NCBI GenBank assembly: GCA_963808625.1
Contig: CAWEHK010000035.1
Span: 32,001-96,000 of the forward strand
Direction: 5' to 3'
DNA length: 64,000 nucleotides
From: an uncultured delta proteobacterium
GTDB taxonomy: Bacteria; Desulfobacterota; Syntrophobacteria; Syntrophobacterales; Syntrophobacteraceae
Shown: positions 52,757 through 62,820 of the stretch, one piece after another
Position numbering within the stretch: the first letter of the stretch is position 1
How the letters are laid out: every line of letters starts with the position of its first letter
Notes under the pieces: generated by a model
Told to the model about the DNA's origin: nothing
Database searches by the model: none
What the model saw: the letters and a program-made list of their open reading frames with translations, nothing else
Program-made: the position numbers and the translations under genes

Positions 52757-54386
52757 CTAAACCTTGAGATCGCCCCAATCAGTTCTCCCGATCGGCACGC
52801 GGTAGCAGAGCTCCAGTGACCGGGCCAGCTTGTCACGCGCCTCGCTGAAGGCGATGACGCCGTCATGAAAGAGCAGGGCCCCGGTCAGGAAGGGATGTCC
52901 TTCCGCGTCATAACGGTCGATCATCATCTTGCGGAAGGCTGCCATTTCTTCCTCATTGACCTCCTGGCCGCGGTCGACGATGTTCTTCCGGCGGACCGTT
53001 TCCACGACGAAGGCGGCAGTCCTTCCGGACATAACCGTCGTGCGGCCCCTCATATTGGTAAAGCAGAATACCGGCCGAAAGGCCCTGCCGCACATCCCGT
53101 AGTTGGCAGCGCCGTGGTCGGGGCCAATGACGTACTGGATTTTCGGAACGTTCAGCACGCTGCAGGTGCGGACCATGTCCGATCCGTATTTTCCGATGCC
53201 GCTCCATTCTTCATTTTGCCCCACCATATAGCCCGGAGATCCCTGGAAAAAGATCACCGGCAGATTTGAGTTGCCGCAGCGGATCATCCATTCGGTTGCC
53301 TTTCTTGCGGCCTCAACATAGATGATGCCGTTGCCGTTGGAGGCAATAACGCCCACGGGCATCCCTTTCAGCCACATCTTGCCGGCCACGATCGTTTCCC
53401 CACGCGCGAGGCCGTAGGTCGGCTTGTATTCGTGGAAATAGCTGTCGTCGGCAAGACATTTGAGCGTCTCTCGGATCGGGATGGCGTGGTAGGTATGGAC
53501 GGGAGTGGCGCGCATCATATCCAGGTAATCATACTGTGGCTCCACTACCGGTCTTGCGCTCGCAGTAAAGGGTTTGAGAGGGTTCAAACTCGATGATGTC
53601 GCGGAGCTTCTGGACCCCTTCTTCCTGGGATTTAACGATATGGTCGCAGCCTCCTGAATGTTGCGTATGCACATAGGCGCCCCCGAGGTCCTCCATCGTT
53701 ACGGTCTCGCCGATGGCCGATTTCACCATGGGAGGGCCCGCCAGGAAGGCAAAAGCAAGCTTCTCGATCATGATGGACTCGGACGCGAGGTAGACGATGT
53801 AGGCGCCGCCCGCAGTATTCCCGCCGGTGGAGAGGGTGTATTGCTTGATGCCCATGGCTGACATGCGGCACATGTTGTAGAACATGCTGCCGAAGTGGCC
53901 GTCATCGGCAAAACAACCCAGTTGCAGGGGCAGGTTGATCCCCCCGGAATCGGCGATGTAGATGCAGGGCAACCGCAGGCGCTCGGCAATCGCCTGGGCC
54001 CTCATGTGCTTCTTCAGGGTGATCGGGAAATAGGTCCCTGCGGCGTAGCGGTTTTCATTGGCAAAGATCATGCAATCCTTGCCGTGAACGACACCGATGC
54101 CGGTAATCACGCCCCCGCCCGGGATGTGCCCCCGTTTCTCCGATTCGTAGATATCGCCGCCGTAAAGCTTGATCTGTCCTATGTGATAGCCCGCATCCAG
54201 GCCAAGCTCAAAGAATCCGGTACCCGGGTCGATCAACATCGCGATCAGCTCACGCATCGTTTTCTTGCCCTGCTTGGCAAGACGCTTGAGCTGGTCCTCC
54301 CCGCCGATGTGGTATGCCTCCTCACGGTGCGCAATGAGGATGGCATCCTGCTCTTCCCAATGCTTAATGCGGTCTTCCTCTACCAT
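52757..54386 (-). CDS. Biotin-dependent acyl-CoA carboxyltransferase subunit (methylcrotonyl-CoA carboxylase beta/decarboxylase alpha-like), frameshift near 53560
   Basis: GGGVITGIG, GTYFPITLKKHMRAQ, DSGGINLP, TAGGAY, LAGPPMVK, EDLGGA, PGYMVG and HGAANYGMCGRAF. Confidence 0.85.
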
Positions 54387-55528
54387 ATCAATCCTCCTCA
54401 ACCATCCCCGGGTGGGTCCCCCCACCCAGACAGCCAGTACTTTTCAGAGAACTATCGTCAGACAACGCAAATGAGATAAGTAAGCAAACACGAGATGAGG
54501 AACACCTTTGCCCTTCATTGACCGGTTGCGTTGCATTGCGGACAGGGTTGCCGGTGATTCTCCAGGCAACGAAACGCCTCCATGCAAGCCTGCTCCAATC
54601 TTTGAAAAGGGCGCTCTCCCACTCTCGGCAAGGGATTGAACACGCTACGTTTCACTGCAAGACGGCGGTAAGAGCTGTTGTAAAAATTGTTAAGAAACGA
54701 TCATCAAACAAGAAGAAGGCACGCAACCGCAGGAACAGGAGGCGAAGGTCGAGACAATCAACACCGGATCAGGAATCGAATCGGCCCAGGAAACCGTACA
54801 GAGGGAGCCTTTGCGAAACGCAGCATGGACCCTCTGGCAGCGAAGCCATGATATAATACAAAAATTGGCCAAGTCAATGGCCAAATCCTGGCGCAAGAAC
54901 CACCTGAGGGTGTAAGGAAGATCCAAGTTCAGGCAGATCTAAGTTCTTGACACCTTCGAGTGCCAAATGTAGGATGCCTTCTGATCAACCTCTACCAACG
55001 GCGATGGGCTTTGGGAAAGCAGGCATGGAGCTGGTCGGGTCGCTCCACGAAGGGATGCCCGGGGCATTCCCTTCCGGAACGGTTGCATGTGCCTGAACCC
55101 GAGATGAACAGCCCAAGAACTATTATAGAATCAACAACATCTGGTTATGGGAACGAGAGACTCCGTGTTTCAGACGCGCGAAGGCACGGCTGTGCATGGC
55201 GGGGTTCCCTGAAATTTCCGTGGTTCTCGACTAAAGTTCCTGTTCGCAATTCTGCCGGCTACACTTCCTGCTCCCTATCGTCACTTACATAAGCCTGGCT
55301 TGTGGCTGATTTTCGCAAAGGTTTGTTTATCCTATGAGAAAGTTATTACATGGTTTCATAAATTCAGTGTCATCTCGAGCTCAGCGATAGATCTCCAAGT
55401 TTTGTCCGGTTGCGCAAGGTTTTTCACTGCGTTCGAAATAGCCGATGCATCACGGAATTTATGACATTCAGCACTTAGGTAGCAGTGGGCCATCAATCAA
55501 TCATTTAATGCTGAGGAGAGGAGCACTC

Positions 55529-56714
55529 ATGGATTTCCAACTGACTGATGAACAACGCATGATTAAGGAAACCGTTTACAAGTGGTCGGTAAATGAGTTG
55601 GGACCGTTGCAGGAGAAAATTGATGAGGAGGATTGGTTTCCTCCGGACTTTTTCACGAAATGTGCCGAGATCGGAATCCTGGGGATCACCATTGATGAAA
55701 AATACGGCGGGCTGGGCGGGGATGTGCTCATGCAGACCCTCGCCATCGAGGAGATGAGCCGCATCTGCCCGGCCCTGGCCATGACCTACGGGGCCCATTC
55801 CAACCTGTGCGCCAACAACATTTATAAGAATGCCAGCGAGATGCTTAAAGACAAGTATCTCCCTCCCTTGGTGAGCGGGGAGAAGATCGGGGCCCTGGGC
55901 CTCACCGAACCCAATGCCGGCTCGGATGCCATGAGCCTGCGCACGCGCGCGGTCAAGAAAGGCGACAAGTACCTTCTCAACGGTTCCAAGATGTTCATCA
56001 CCAATGGGCCGATGGCCGACACCCTGCTCGTCTATGCCAAAACCGATCCCGAGAAGGGGGCGAAAGGGAATCAGCGCCTTCATCGTGGAGAAGGACTTCC
56101 CCGGCTTTTCCGTGGCCCGGAAGCTGAAGAAAGTGGGCATGAGGGGCTCACCCACGGCCGAACTGGTCTTTCAGGATTGTGAAGTGCCCGTAGAAAACCT
56201 GGTGGGTCAGGAGAACATGGGCGTCCACGTGATGACCAGCGGGCTCGATATCGAACGCATCGTGCTTGCCGGCGGCTCGATCGGGATGGCTCAGCAGGCG
56301 CTGGAATATTCCGTTCGTTATGCCGTAGAGCGCGAACAGTTCGGACAGCCGATTGCCAACTTCCAGATGATCCAGCAAAAACTCGCGGATATGTATACGC
56401 GCACCGAAGCCGCCCGGCTCCTGGTGTACCGTGCCGCGGACTTTGCCCAGAAGTCGCCCCGGGGAGGGAAGGGCACCGAGCTCACCCGGCAGGCTGCCGC
56501 TGCCATTCTCTTTGCCGCCGAGACGGCGACCTGGGTGTGCGATCAAGGGGTCCAGATTCATGGCGGGTATGGTTATTGCCTCGAGTTCCCCGTGCAGAAG
56601 CTGTGGCGGGATGCCAAACTCTATGAAATCGGGGCGGGCACCAGTGAGATTCGGCGCATGATTATCGCTCGTGAGCTGACTCGCGAGGAATTTGCCAGAA
56701 AGGCCAGTCGTTAG
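55529..56714 (+). CDS. Isovaleryl-CoA dehydrogenase-like acyl-CoA dehydrogenase, frameshift near 56065
   Basis: YGAHSNLC, GLTEPNAGSD, GMRGSPTAELVF, SGLDIER (IVD-type catalytic Glu) and RDAKLYEIGAGTSEIRR (Ala at the MCAD Glu position). Confidence 0.85.
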
Positions 56715-56817
56715 TCGTGAACCGTGAAAGCTGCTCAGGCCTGTTGCTCCGCCTTGCTGACCAATGGGACCGAGCGGCTGAAACCAGACAATTCACCAAC
56801 ACAAGGAGGAATGATTC

Positions 56818-58332
56818 ATGACAACGCCCGTTCAGCAAAAGATTCGAGACAAAAAGAGGACCCCTGAACAAATCGCAGAGATGGTAAAATCCGGGGATTG
56901 GATTAACAACGGCAGCGTCGGTGGGGATTCCACGGTCTGCACCGAGGCCGTCGCCAAAAGACTGGGGCCTGGCCCTGGTGAATTGAAGGACATCGAATTC
57001 TGGCTTTATGCCTGTTTTTACCCCCATCCCGAACTGCAGCAAATCGATCCTCTCCAGCAATATCACTGTGTTCACGAGTATTTCTTCTTCCCCTGGAACC
57101 GCAAGGCCAGGGATACCAACAACGTGACCGACTGGGCCCAGTGGGGATGGGCTTACGGCATGTGGGCTCACCATTACCGGTTCATCAATGCCGTCAAGGA
57201 AAAGCGAGGCATGGACTGGTGGTTCAATGCCGCTACCGCCCCGGATAGTCACGGCTTCTTCAACATGTCCTACGGCACCAACAACACCAACATATTTAGA
57301 CAGACCGCCAAGAAGACCGTGTTCGAGGTCCGGTCCGATTACCCCTGGGCCGAGGGCGGGCGGTACAATACCATCCACATCGACGATGTCGATTACTGGG
57401 TGGAAGTCGACTGCGAGAAGTACAAGTGGCCTCAGATCAACGAGAAGGCCATCAAGTCGAAGCCGGAAGAAGAGGCCATTGCGCACCACGTCATGAGCAT
57501 CATGCGGGACCGGGACATCGTTCAACTCGGCATCGGCGCCCTCCCTTCCGCATGTGTCGCGGCCATGGCGGACGCGGGATTCAAGGACCTTGGCATTCAT
57601 ACCGAGATGCTCAACTACGGCCTCATTAAGCTGATCGAATCCGGTCAGGTGACCAACGCCTACAAGTCGATCGATCGCGGGAAGAGCGTCTGGACCTTCG
57701 CCTTCCCCGTGGATGTGCAATGGTATTACGACACGGTTGAGCGGAACCAGCAACTGGCCGTCTACGACATTGGCTACACGAACAACCTCCAGATCCTCAG
57801 CCGCATCGACAACATGATTGCCATCGACAACTGCGTCGCGGTGGACCTGCTGGGACAGCAGTGTTCGGGATTCTATGAGAAGCGGCCCATTTCCAGCACC
57901 GGCGGGTATTTCCAGTTTGTGAGCTTCTGTGCCATGTCAAGAGGCGGCCGGGGCGTGGCATCCATGACTGCCCGAAGCAAGCATGGGACTTCGCGGATCG
58001 TGCCCTTCCTTCCCGAAGGGTCAACCGTGGATGTTCCCGCCCAGTTGTCCAACTATGTGTGCACCGAGTACGGCATCGTAAACCTGAGGGGGCTGAGCGG
58101 CTACGAAAGGGCGAGCGCCTTGATTTCCATCGCCCATCCCGACGACCGCGAGTGGCTCGAAAGCGAAGCGCGCAAACATGGCCTGCTGGCGCCGAAGTTC
58201 CCGGTCAGCATGCTTCCCAAAGAGGGCGGCGACCGAAGATATCCCAGCTACGAAGAGCGAAGAAAATACAAACTGCCGCTCCATAGCGAAGTCTGGGGGA
58301 TGGATTGGGATCCTTATCAGTCAGGAAAGTAG
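56818..58332 (+). CDS. Acetyl-CoA hydrolase/4-hydroxybutyrate CoA-transferase family protein
   Basis: VQLGIGALP, DLGIHTEM (catalytic Glu), VDLLGQ, TGGYFQF, SRIVP, VCTEYGIVNLRG and LISIAHPDDREWL. Confidence 0.88.
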   Translation: MTTPVQQKIRDKKRTPEQIAEMVKSGDWINNGSVGGDSTVCTEAVAKRLGPGPGELKDIEFWLYACFYPHPELQQIDPLQQYHCVHEYFFFPWNRKARDTNNVTDWAQWGWAYGMWAHHYRFINAVKEKRGMDWWFNAATAPDSHGFFNMSYGTNNTNIFRQTAKKTVFEVRSDYPWAEGGRYNTIHIDDVDYWVEVDCEKYKWPQINEKAIKSKPEEEAIAHHVMSIMRDRDIVQLGIGALPSACVAAMADAGFKDLGIHTEMLNYGLIKLIESGQVTNAYKSIDRGKSVWTFAFPVDVQWYYDTVERNQQLAVYDIGYTNNLQILSRIDNMIAIDNCVAVDLLGQQCSGFYEKRPISSTGGYFQFVSFCAMSRGGRGVASMTARSKHGTSRIVPFLPEGSTVDVPAQLSNYVCTEYGIVNLRGLSGYERASALISIAHPDDREWLESEARKHGLLAPKFPVSMLPKEGGDRRYPSYEERRKYKLPLHSEVWGMDWDPYQSGK

Positions 58333-58591
58333 CTTCCCATGAAAGATAAGGGGGAGTGGCCAGTGATCAAGAGTCAGAAAGGGCCAAAACGGTAAGGGTC
58401 TCCATTTGCTGGTGTGCTGGTTTTGCTGGTTCCCAAGCTCTGGCTTGGGAACCCACGTGTTTGGAAGCTCCAGCTTCGTGTGATGTGTGGATGTCAACTG
58501 CTGGTGAAGAGACGCGAGAAGCTGGAGCTTCCTCCTTGCGTTCCCAAGCTGGAGCTTGGGAACGAGCGAGTTCCCAAATGGCACCTTGCAG

Positions 58592-58618
58592 GCGGGCGGC
58601 AATTTGCCGCCCGCTTTT
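58592..58618 (+). terminator. Intrinsic terminator-like hairpin
   Basis: GCGGGCGGCAA-T-TTGCCGCCCGC followed by TTTT. Confidence 0.5.
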
Positions 58619-58671
58619 GCTTGGTGCCCATTCCGGCTTTTCCTGGAGAATGGATGAAAGGAGGGAGTTTT

Positions 58672-60000
58672 ATGCCCGGAGCTTTCAACGACTATGTGAA
58701 GAATAAATTCAGGAAGCCCGCCCCGCTGAAGGGACTGAGGGTCCTGGAGGTCTGCACGCTGCTCTTCGGCCCGGCCGGCCCATCGTTTCTGGCGGAAATG
58801 GGGGCCGAGGTCATCAAAATCGAGCTGCCCCCGCTGGGCGATGTGACCCGGTCCCTGAACCCGTTTGGCTGGTTCTACAAAGAGCAGGGGCCGGCCTTCA
58901 TGCACATCAATCCCAACAAATACTACATGGCGCTGGACCTGCACATCGATCTCGGGCAGCAGATTTTTAAGGAACTCGCCGCCAAGTCCGACATTGTGGA
59001 ATTCAATCTCAGACCGGGGGTCACGAGCCGCTGGAATGTGGGCTATGACGATATCCGGGAGGTCAACCCGCGCATCATCTACATTGAAAAAAACGGCTTC
59101 GGTCAGTGGGGGCGGTATGCTGCCGAGAACCGGCCTTCCAATGACGGCGCGGCTCAGGCCCTGGCGGGGTACGCCTGGACTTCCAGTTTTCCGAATCGGC
59201 CCCCGCTCAAGCAATCGGTGTGGGTGTGTGACGTCTTCGGGGCGCTCATGGGGGAAGTGGCGGTGCTCTCCGCACTCCATCACCGGCATAAAACCGGAAA
59301 GGGCCAATACCTCGAAATGTCCCAAAGCGAAAATATCATGCGCGCCATGGGCTGGGTCTGGCCCTATCAGCAATTGACCGGGAAAGGCGCGGAACCGGCC
59401 GGCAACCGTGACCAGTGCATCTGCCCTGCGGATACGTTCCTCTGTAAAGACGACAAATTTGCGGCCCTTGCGGCGCCGGCGCCGGATGAATTTCGAGGCC
59501 TCTGCACCGCCATGGGAAAGCCTGAGCTGGCGGACGACCCGAGGTTTTCCGACCACACGACGAGGCTCCAGGACGAAAATGCCCTCGCCATTCTGAAAAT
59601 CATTGCCGACTGGGCGCGAACCAAGACTGCGGACGAGGTCGAGACACTGGGGAAACAGCATGGCTTTGCCGCGACACGCCTCCATAATGCCAGGGATGAA
59701 AACGAGGATCCCCATCGCCGGGAGCGCGACTTCGTGAAAGAGATTGACGATCCCATGTACGGCAAATACGTTGAGCACGAGCTCCCGGTGATGATGTCCA
59801 AAACGCCGCCGAAAATCAAATGGACGGTGAGGCCGGTCGGTTTCGATAATGAGTTCATCATGGCAAAAATCCTGGGGAAGACCCAGGCCGAAATCAACGA
59901 GCTTTACCGTTACGGGGTCCTGGGAAAATGGAAAGACATGCAGGGCCGGCGCCCACCTCCGGATTGGGACCAGAAATCCGGAATGATCTTAAGGAGGTGA
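58672..60000 (+). CDS. Family III (CaiB/BaiF) CoA-transferase, subunit retaining the catalytic Asp
   Basis: LKGLRVLE, LAEMGAEVIKIE, NLRPG, GFGQWG, VCDVFGA; ATG at 58672 with RBS GGAGGGAG. Confidence 0.85.
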   Translation: MPGAFNDYVKNKFRKPAPLKGLRVLEVCTLLFGPAGPSFLAEMGAEVIKIELPPLGDVTRSLNPFGWFYKEQGPAFMHINPNKYYMALDLHIDLGQQIFKELAAKSDIVEFNLRPGVTSRWNVGYDDIREVNPRIIYIEKNGFGQWGRYAAENRPSNDGAAQALAGYAWTSSFPNRPPLKQSVWVCDVFGALMGEVAVLSALHHRHKTGKGQYLEMSQSENIMRAMGWVWPYQQLTGKGAEPAGNRDQCICPADTFLCKDDKFAALAAPAPDEFRGLCTAMGKPELADDPRFSDHTTRLQDENALAILKIIADWARTKTADEVETLGKQHGFAATRLHNARDENEDPHRRERDFVKEIDDPMYGKYVEHELPVMMSKTPPKIKWTVRPVGFDNEFIMAKILGKTQAEINELYRYGVLGKWKDMQGRRPPPDWDQKSGMILRR

Positions 60001-60006
60001 TGAGCG

Positions 60007-61356
60007 ATGAAAGAGCTTGAGAAAGCAAAACAGACAGAGTGGGCAGAGCGCATCCGATCCCTGGATGATCCGGCGACGGCGTCCAGGAAACCCGAGGCGC
60101 TCGATGATCTGGTGGTGCTCGATTTGAGCTCCCGCAGCATGGCCGGTTGTTTCTGCTCTTCGCTTCTGGCCGAACTGGGTGCGGAAACCATTCGCATCGA
60201 ACCACCCGGAGGCGATATCGTCAGGACCTATTCCCCCAACGGCATCATGCACAAAGACACCGGGCTGGCCTATCTGCAGGAGGGAAGGAACAAATACCAC
60301 GTAACGCTGAACCTGGAGACCGAGGAGGGAAGAGAAATGTTGCGATCCCTCGCCGGGCAGGCTGATGTCCTGATCGAAACCTTTCCCGCAGGGACCATGG
60401 ATGCATGGGGGATTGGCTATGACGCACTGAGCCAGCTCAATCCCCGGCTCATCTTTGCTTCGCTCACCGCTTTCGGGCAATTTGGCCCGGAGAGCGGAAG
60501 GCAGCAATACGATTACGACAATGTCAGCCAGGCCCGCTCGGGGATTCAGTACGCTACGGGAGAGATCCTGCCGGAGGGGAAGACCGTCGACGAGATGCCT
60601 CATGCCGTCCCCACCAAGGCCGGGCCCTGGATTGCCTGGGCCACCTCCGGAACGTTTGGTGCGGTGGGCATTCTCGCGGCCCTCTTTCACCGGACGATGA
60701 CCGGTGAGGGGCAGGCAATCGATGTTGCGACCCCCGAAGCCTATGAGCGTTTCAATGATTACGGGCTGCACTGGTATGGCGATCAGGGCGTGATCAACGA
60801 ACGCTTCGGCAACCTCGATGCCTGCCTGTGGCTCTATGGCTTCTATCCGACGCAGGATGGCGGCGTGTTTCTCGGCGGGTTAAGGCTCGAAATGTGGAAG
60901 GCCCTCGTGGATATGCTCGGCAAATGGGACGAGTGGGGGGCCGATGATTGGACGACCCTGGCTCCCTTTATGAAAAAGGACTGGCAGCTCAAGTACCAGG
61001 CCATGATCAATCCCCTGACCTCGCACTATACGAGCGAGGAACTGACCAACAAGTCCATCGATTATGCCAAGAGCGGCCGTCTGGCGCCCATCACCCCGGT
61101 CGTCGCCGAAATCGTGCCCCCCTGGAAAACCATGCAAGATGAAAACTGGCAGGAACGTGGCATCTTCACCCCGGTGCAGGACCCCATCTACGGCTCCATC
61201 GTCTGCGCCCAGGCCCAGTGGAAGGCCACCGAAACGCCGCCGCGGACCAAATGGGTTTGCCGACCCGTAGGCTACGACAACGGCTTTGTTTATCTCAAGT
61301 ACCTTGGACATGGTCCCGTAAGGCTCAAAGAGCTTGAGGAAAAGGGGATCATTTAA
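60007..61356 (+). CDS. Family III (CaiB/BaiF) CoA-transferase, second subunit
   Basis: LAELGAETIRIEPPGGD, GRNKYHVTLNL, ADVLIE, NPRLIFAS..AFGQFGP and GEGQAID. Confidence 0.85.
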   Translation: MKELEKAKQTEWAERIRSLDDPATASRKPEALDDLVVLDLSSRSMAGCFCSSLLAELGAETIRIEPPGGDIVRTYSPNGIMHKDTGLAYLQEGRNKYHVTLNLETEEGREMLRSLAGQADVLIETFPAGTMDAWGIGYDALSQLNPRLIFASLTAFGQFGPESGRQQYDYDNVSQARSGIQYATGEILPEGKTVDEMPHAVPTKAGPWIAWATSGTFGAVGILAALFHRTMTGEGQAIDVATPEAYERFNDYGLHWYGDQGVINERFGNLDACLWLYGFYPTQDGGVFLGGLRLEMWKALVDMLGKWDEWGADDWTTLAPFMKKDWQLKYQAMINPLTSHYTSEELTNKSIDYAKSGRLAPITPVVAEIVPPWKTMQDENWQERGIFTPVQDPIYGSIVCAQAQWKATETPPRTKWVCRPVGYDNGFVYLKYLGHGPVRLKELEEKGII

Positions 61357-61646
61357 AAGCAAGGGACGTATGGAGAAGGTACAAGTCTGTCATTGCTCCA
61401 AAATGGCAAAGAGGGTGTAAACGCCTCTTCTCAATGTTTAACGACACGAACGCGGAACCGGGTCTCTTGAATCGTCTCTCATCTGATAGCTGGTTTATGG
61501 CGGATTGGGCCTGGTCGTGACTCGCTGGTTGCCAGCGTGGGAATGGTTCCTCATCTGCTACTGAGCCCAGGCCCGAAGTGGTGGCTTCCGCAATCCTGAG
61601 CCAGGGGATGCGGAAGCCACGAACTAATGCACAAGGGAGCAGAAAT

Positions 61647-62348
61647 ATGGAAGCGGTGATTCGTGGCATAGGTATTCTCGGGGTCTTGCTGGTAGTCATT
61701 GGACTGTGGATGGAGTTCCGCCCGCCTCGCGTCAAAGCCGTGAGTCCTCTACCGAACGGCTTTACCCAGCCAGTCCTCGCCATGGAGCTTGCCAAAACGG
61801 TAGCTGACGTGGAGCAAATTGTCGGCCAGCAGGGCAACTCTGTGGATCAGCTGAAGGCGTTGCGGTGTAACACAAAGCGGGATTTCGCCTTGATTCTGAC
61901 CTACATGAGTCTGTTTCTTGCCATGAGCATGGTGCTTGCTCAGCGTGAATTTGCCTGGGCGCCATGGCTTGCTGTGGCCGCAGGAGGCTGCGCGCTTGCG
62001 GCCGCCGTTGCCGATGTTATCGAAAATCTGCGCATCCTTCGGGTGTTGGACCTGCCGCTGACATCGATGTCGGACTCCATGGTGTATGGGATTCGGCAGG
62101 TATCACTCCTCAGGTGGGGATTGATCTTTGCAACGATGCTACTCCTGGCGCCGACATTTGCCTTCCGAACTGGCGGAATTTCCGTCCTGGGACTCATCAT
62201 TGGGGCAAGCTTTGCGGTCAGCGCTGCGATCGGTTTTCTCAGCCTCCAGCGGTGCAATCCGCTTATCGAACTGGCGCTTACCGCATGTACGCCGGGGTTT
62301 CTTCTTCTCATTGTCTGCTCGCTGCGATGGCCTCACCTGTTGCGTTAG
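61647..62348 (+). CDS. Hypothetical multi-pass membrane protein
   Basis: About 6 hydrophobic segments; AAVADVIENLRIL motif; RBS AAGGGAG. Confidence 0.6.
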   Translation: MEAVIRGIGILGVLLVVIGLWMEFRPPRVKAVSPLPNGFTQPVLAMELAKTVADVEQIVGQQGNSVDQLKALRCNTKRDFALILTYMSLFLAMSMVLAQREFAWAPWLAVAAGGCALAAAVADVIENLRILRVLDLPLTSMSDSMVYGIRQVSLLRWGLIFATMLLLAPTFAFRTGGISVLGLIIGASFAVSAAIGFLSLQRCNPLIELALTACTPGFLLLIVCSLRWPHLLR

Positions 62349-62820
62349 GCGCTTTCGCACAGCAGTGCGGGGCAATTGTCGCTTCACTCCAATGTGGGTG
62401 GCGCCTGCGAGTTCTCGGGAATCCTTCCAGTAATACCAAGATACTTTGATAGAGCACCAAGCCCCGTGGGGCAGGCTTTCCAGCCTGTCATGACGAGTTG
62501 GCCGCAAAGCCGGGTAGCGCCCCTGCCCCGCAAATTGAGACCCCCGCAGAAGCTTTATCTGGCAAACAACTGCGAAACCGACCGTACAATGGCCCATGAG
62601 AGTTCGACCAGACTAACGGAGGCTATAAGTTTTGCTCGTGATTGCAGACGCTCTATGCCGTGGCAGAGGGAAGGTTTTGCTTTTTTGCTTTTGACAATCG
62701 GCTTTCCCAGGTAAAATCATCTTTATCCGAAGAGAACAGGATAGCACAATGAGGCGAATTGCCTCTATCTACGGCATTGCTTACGCTGTAAATCAACCAC
62801 AGCAAGGTTAAGGAGATTCC

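Noticed and set aside
54430..55520. Sigma-54 promoters, riboswitch or small genes in the 1.1-kb divergent intergenic region
   Set aside because: The GG...GC candidates have 9 rather than 10 intervening bases; no recognisable RNA motif; the short ORFs lack RBS or motifs.
62344..62350. GTTAGGC integron core site at the end of the membrane protein gene
   Set aside because: No matching inverse core or L boxes nearby; a single 7-mer is expected by chance.
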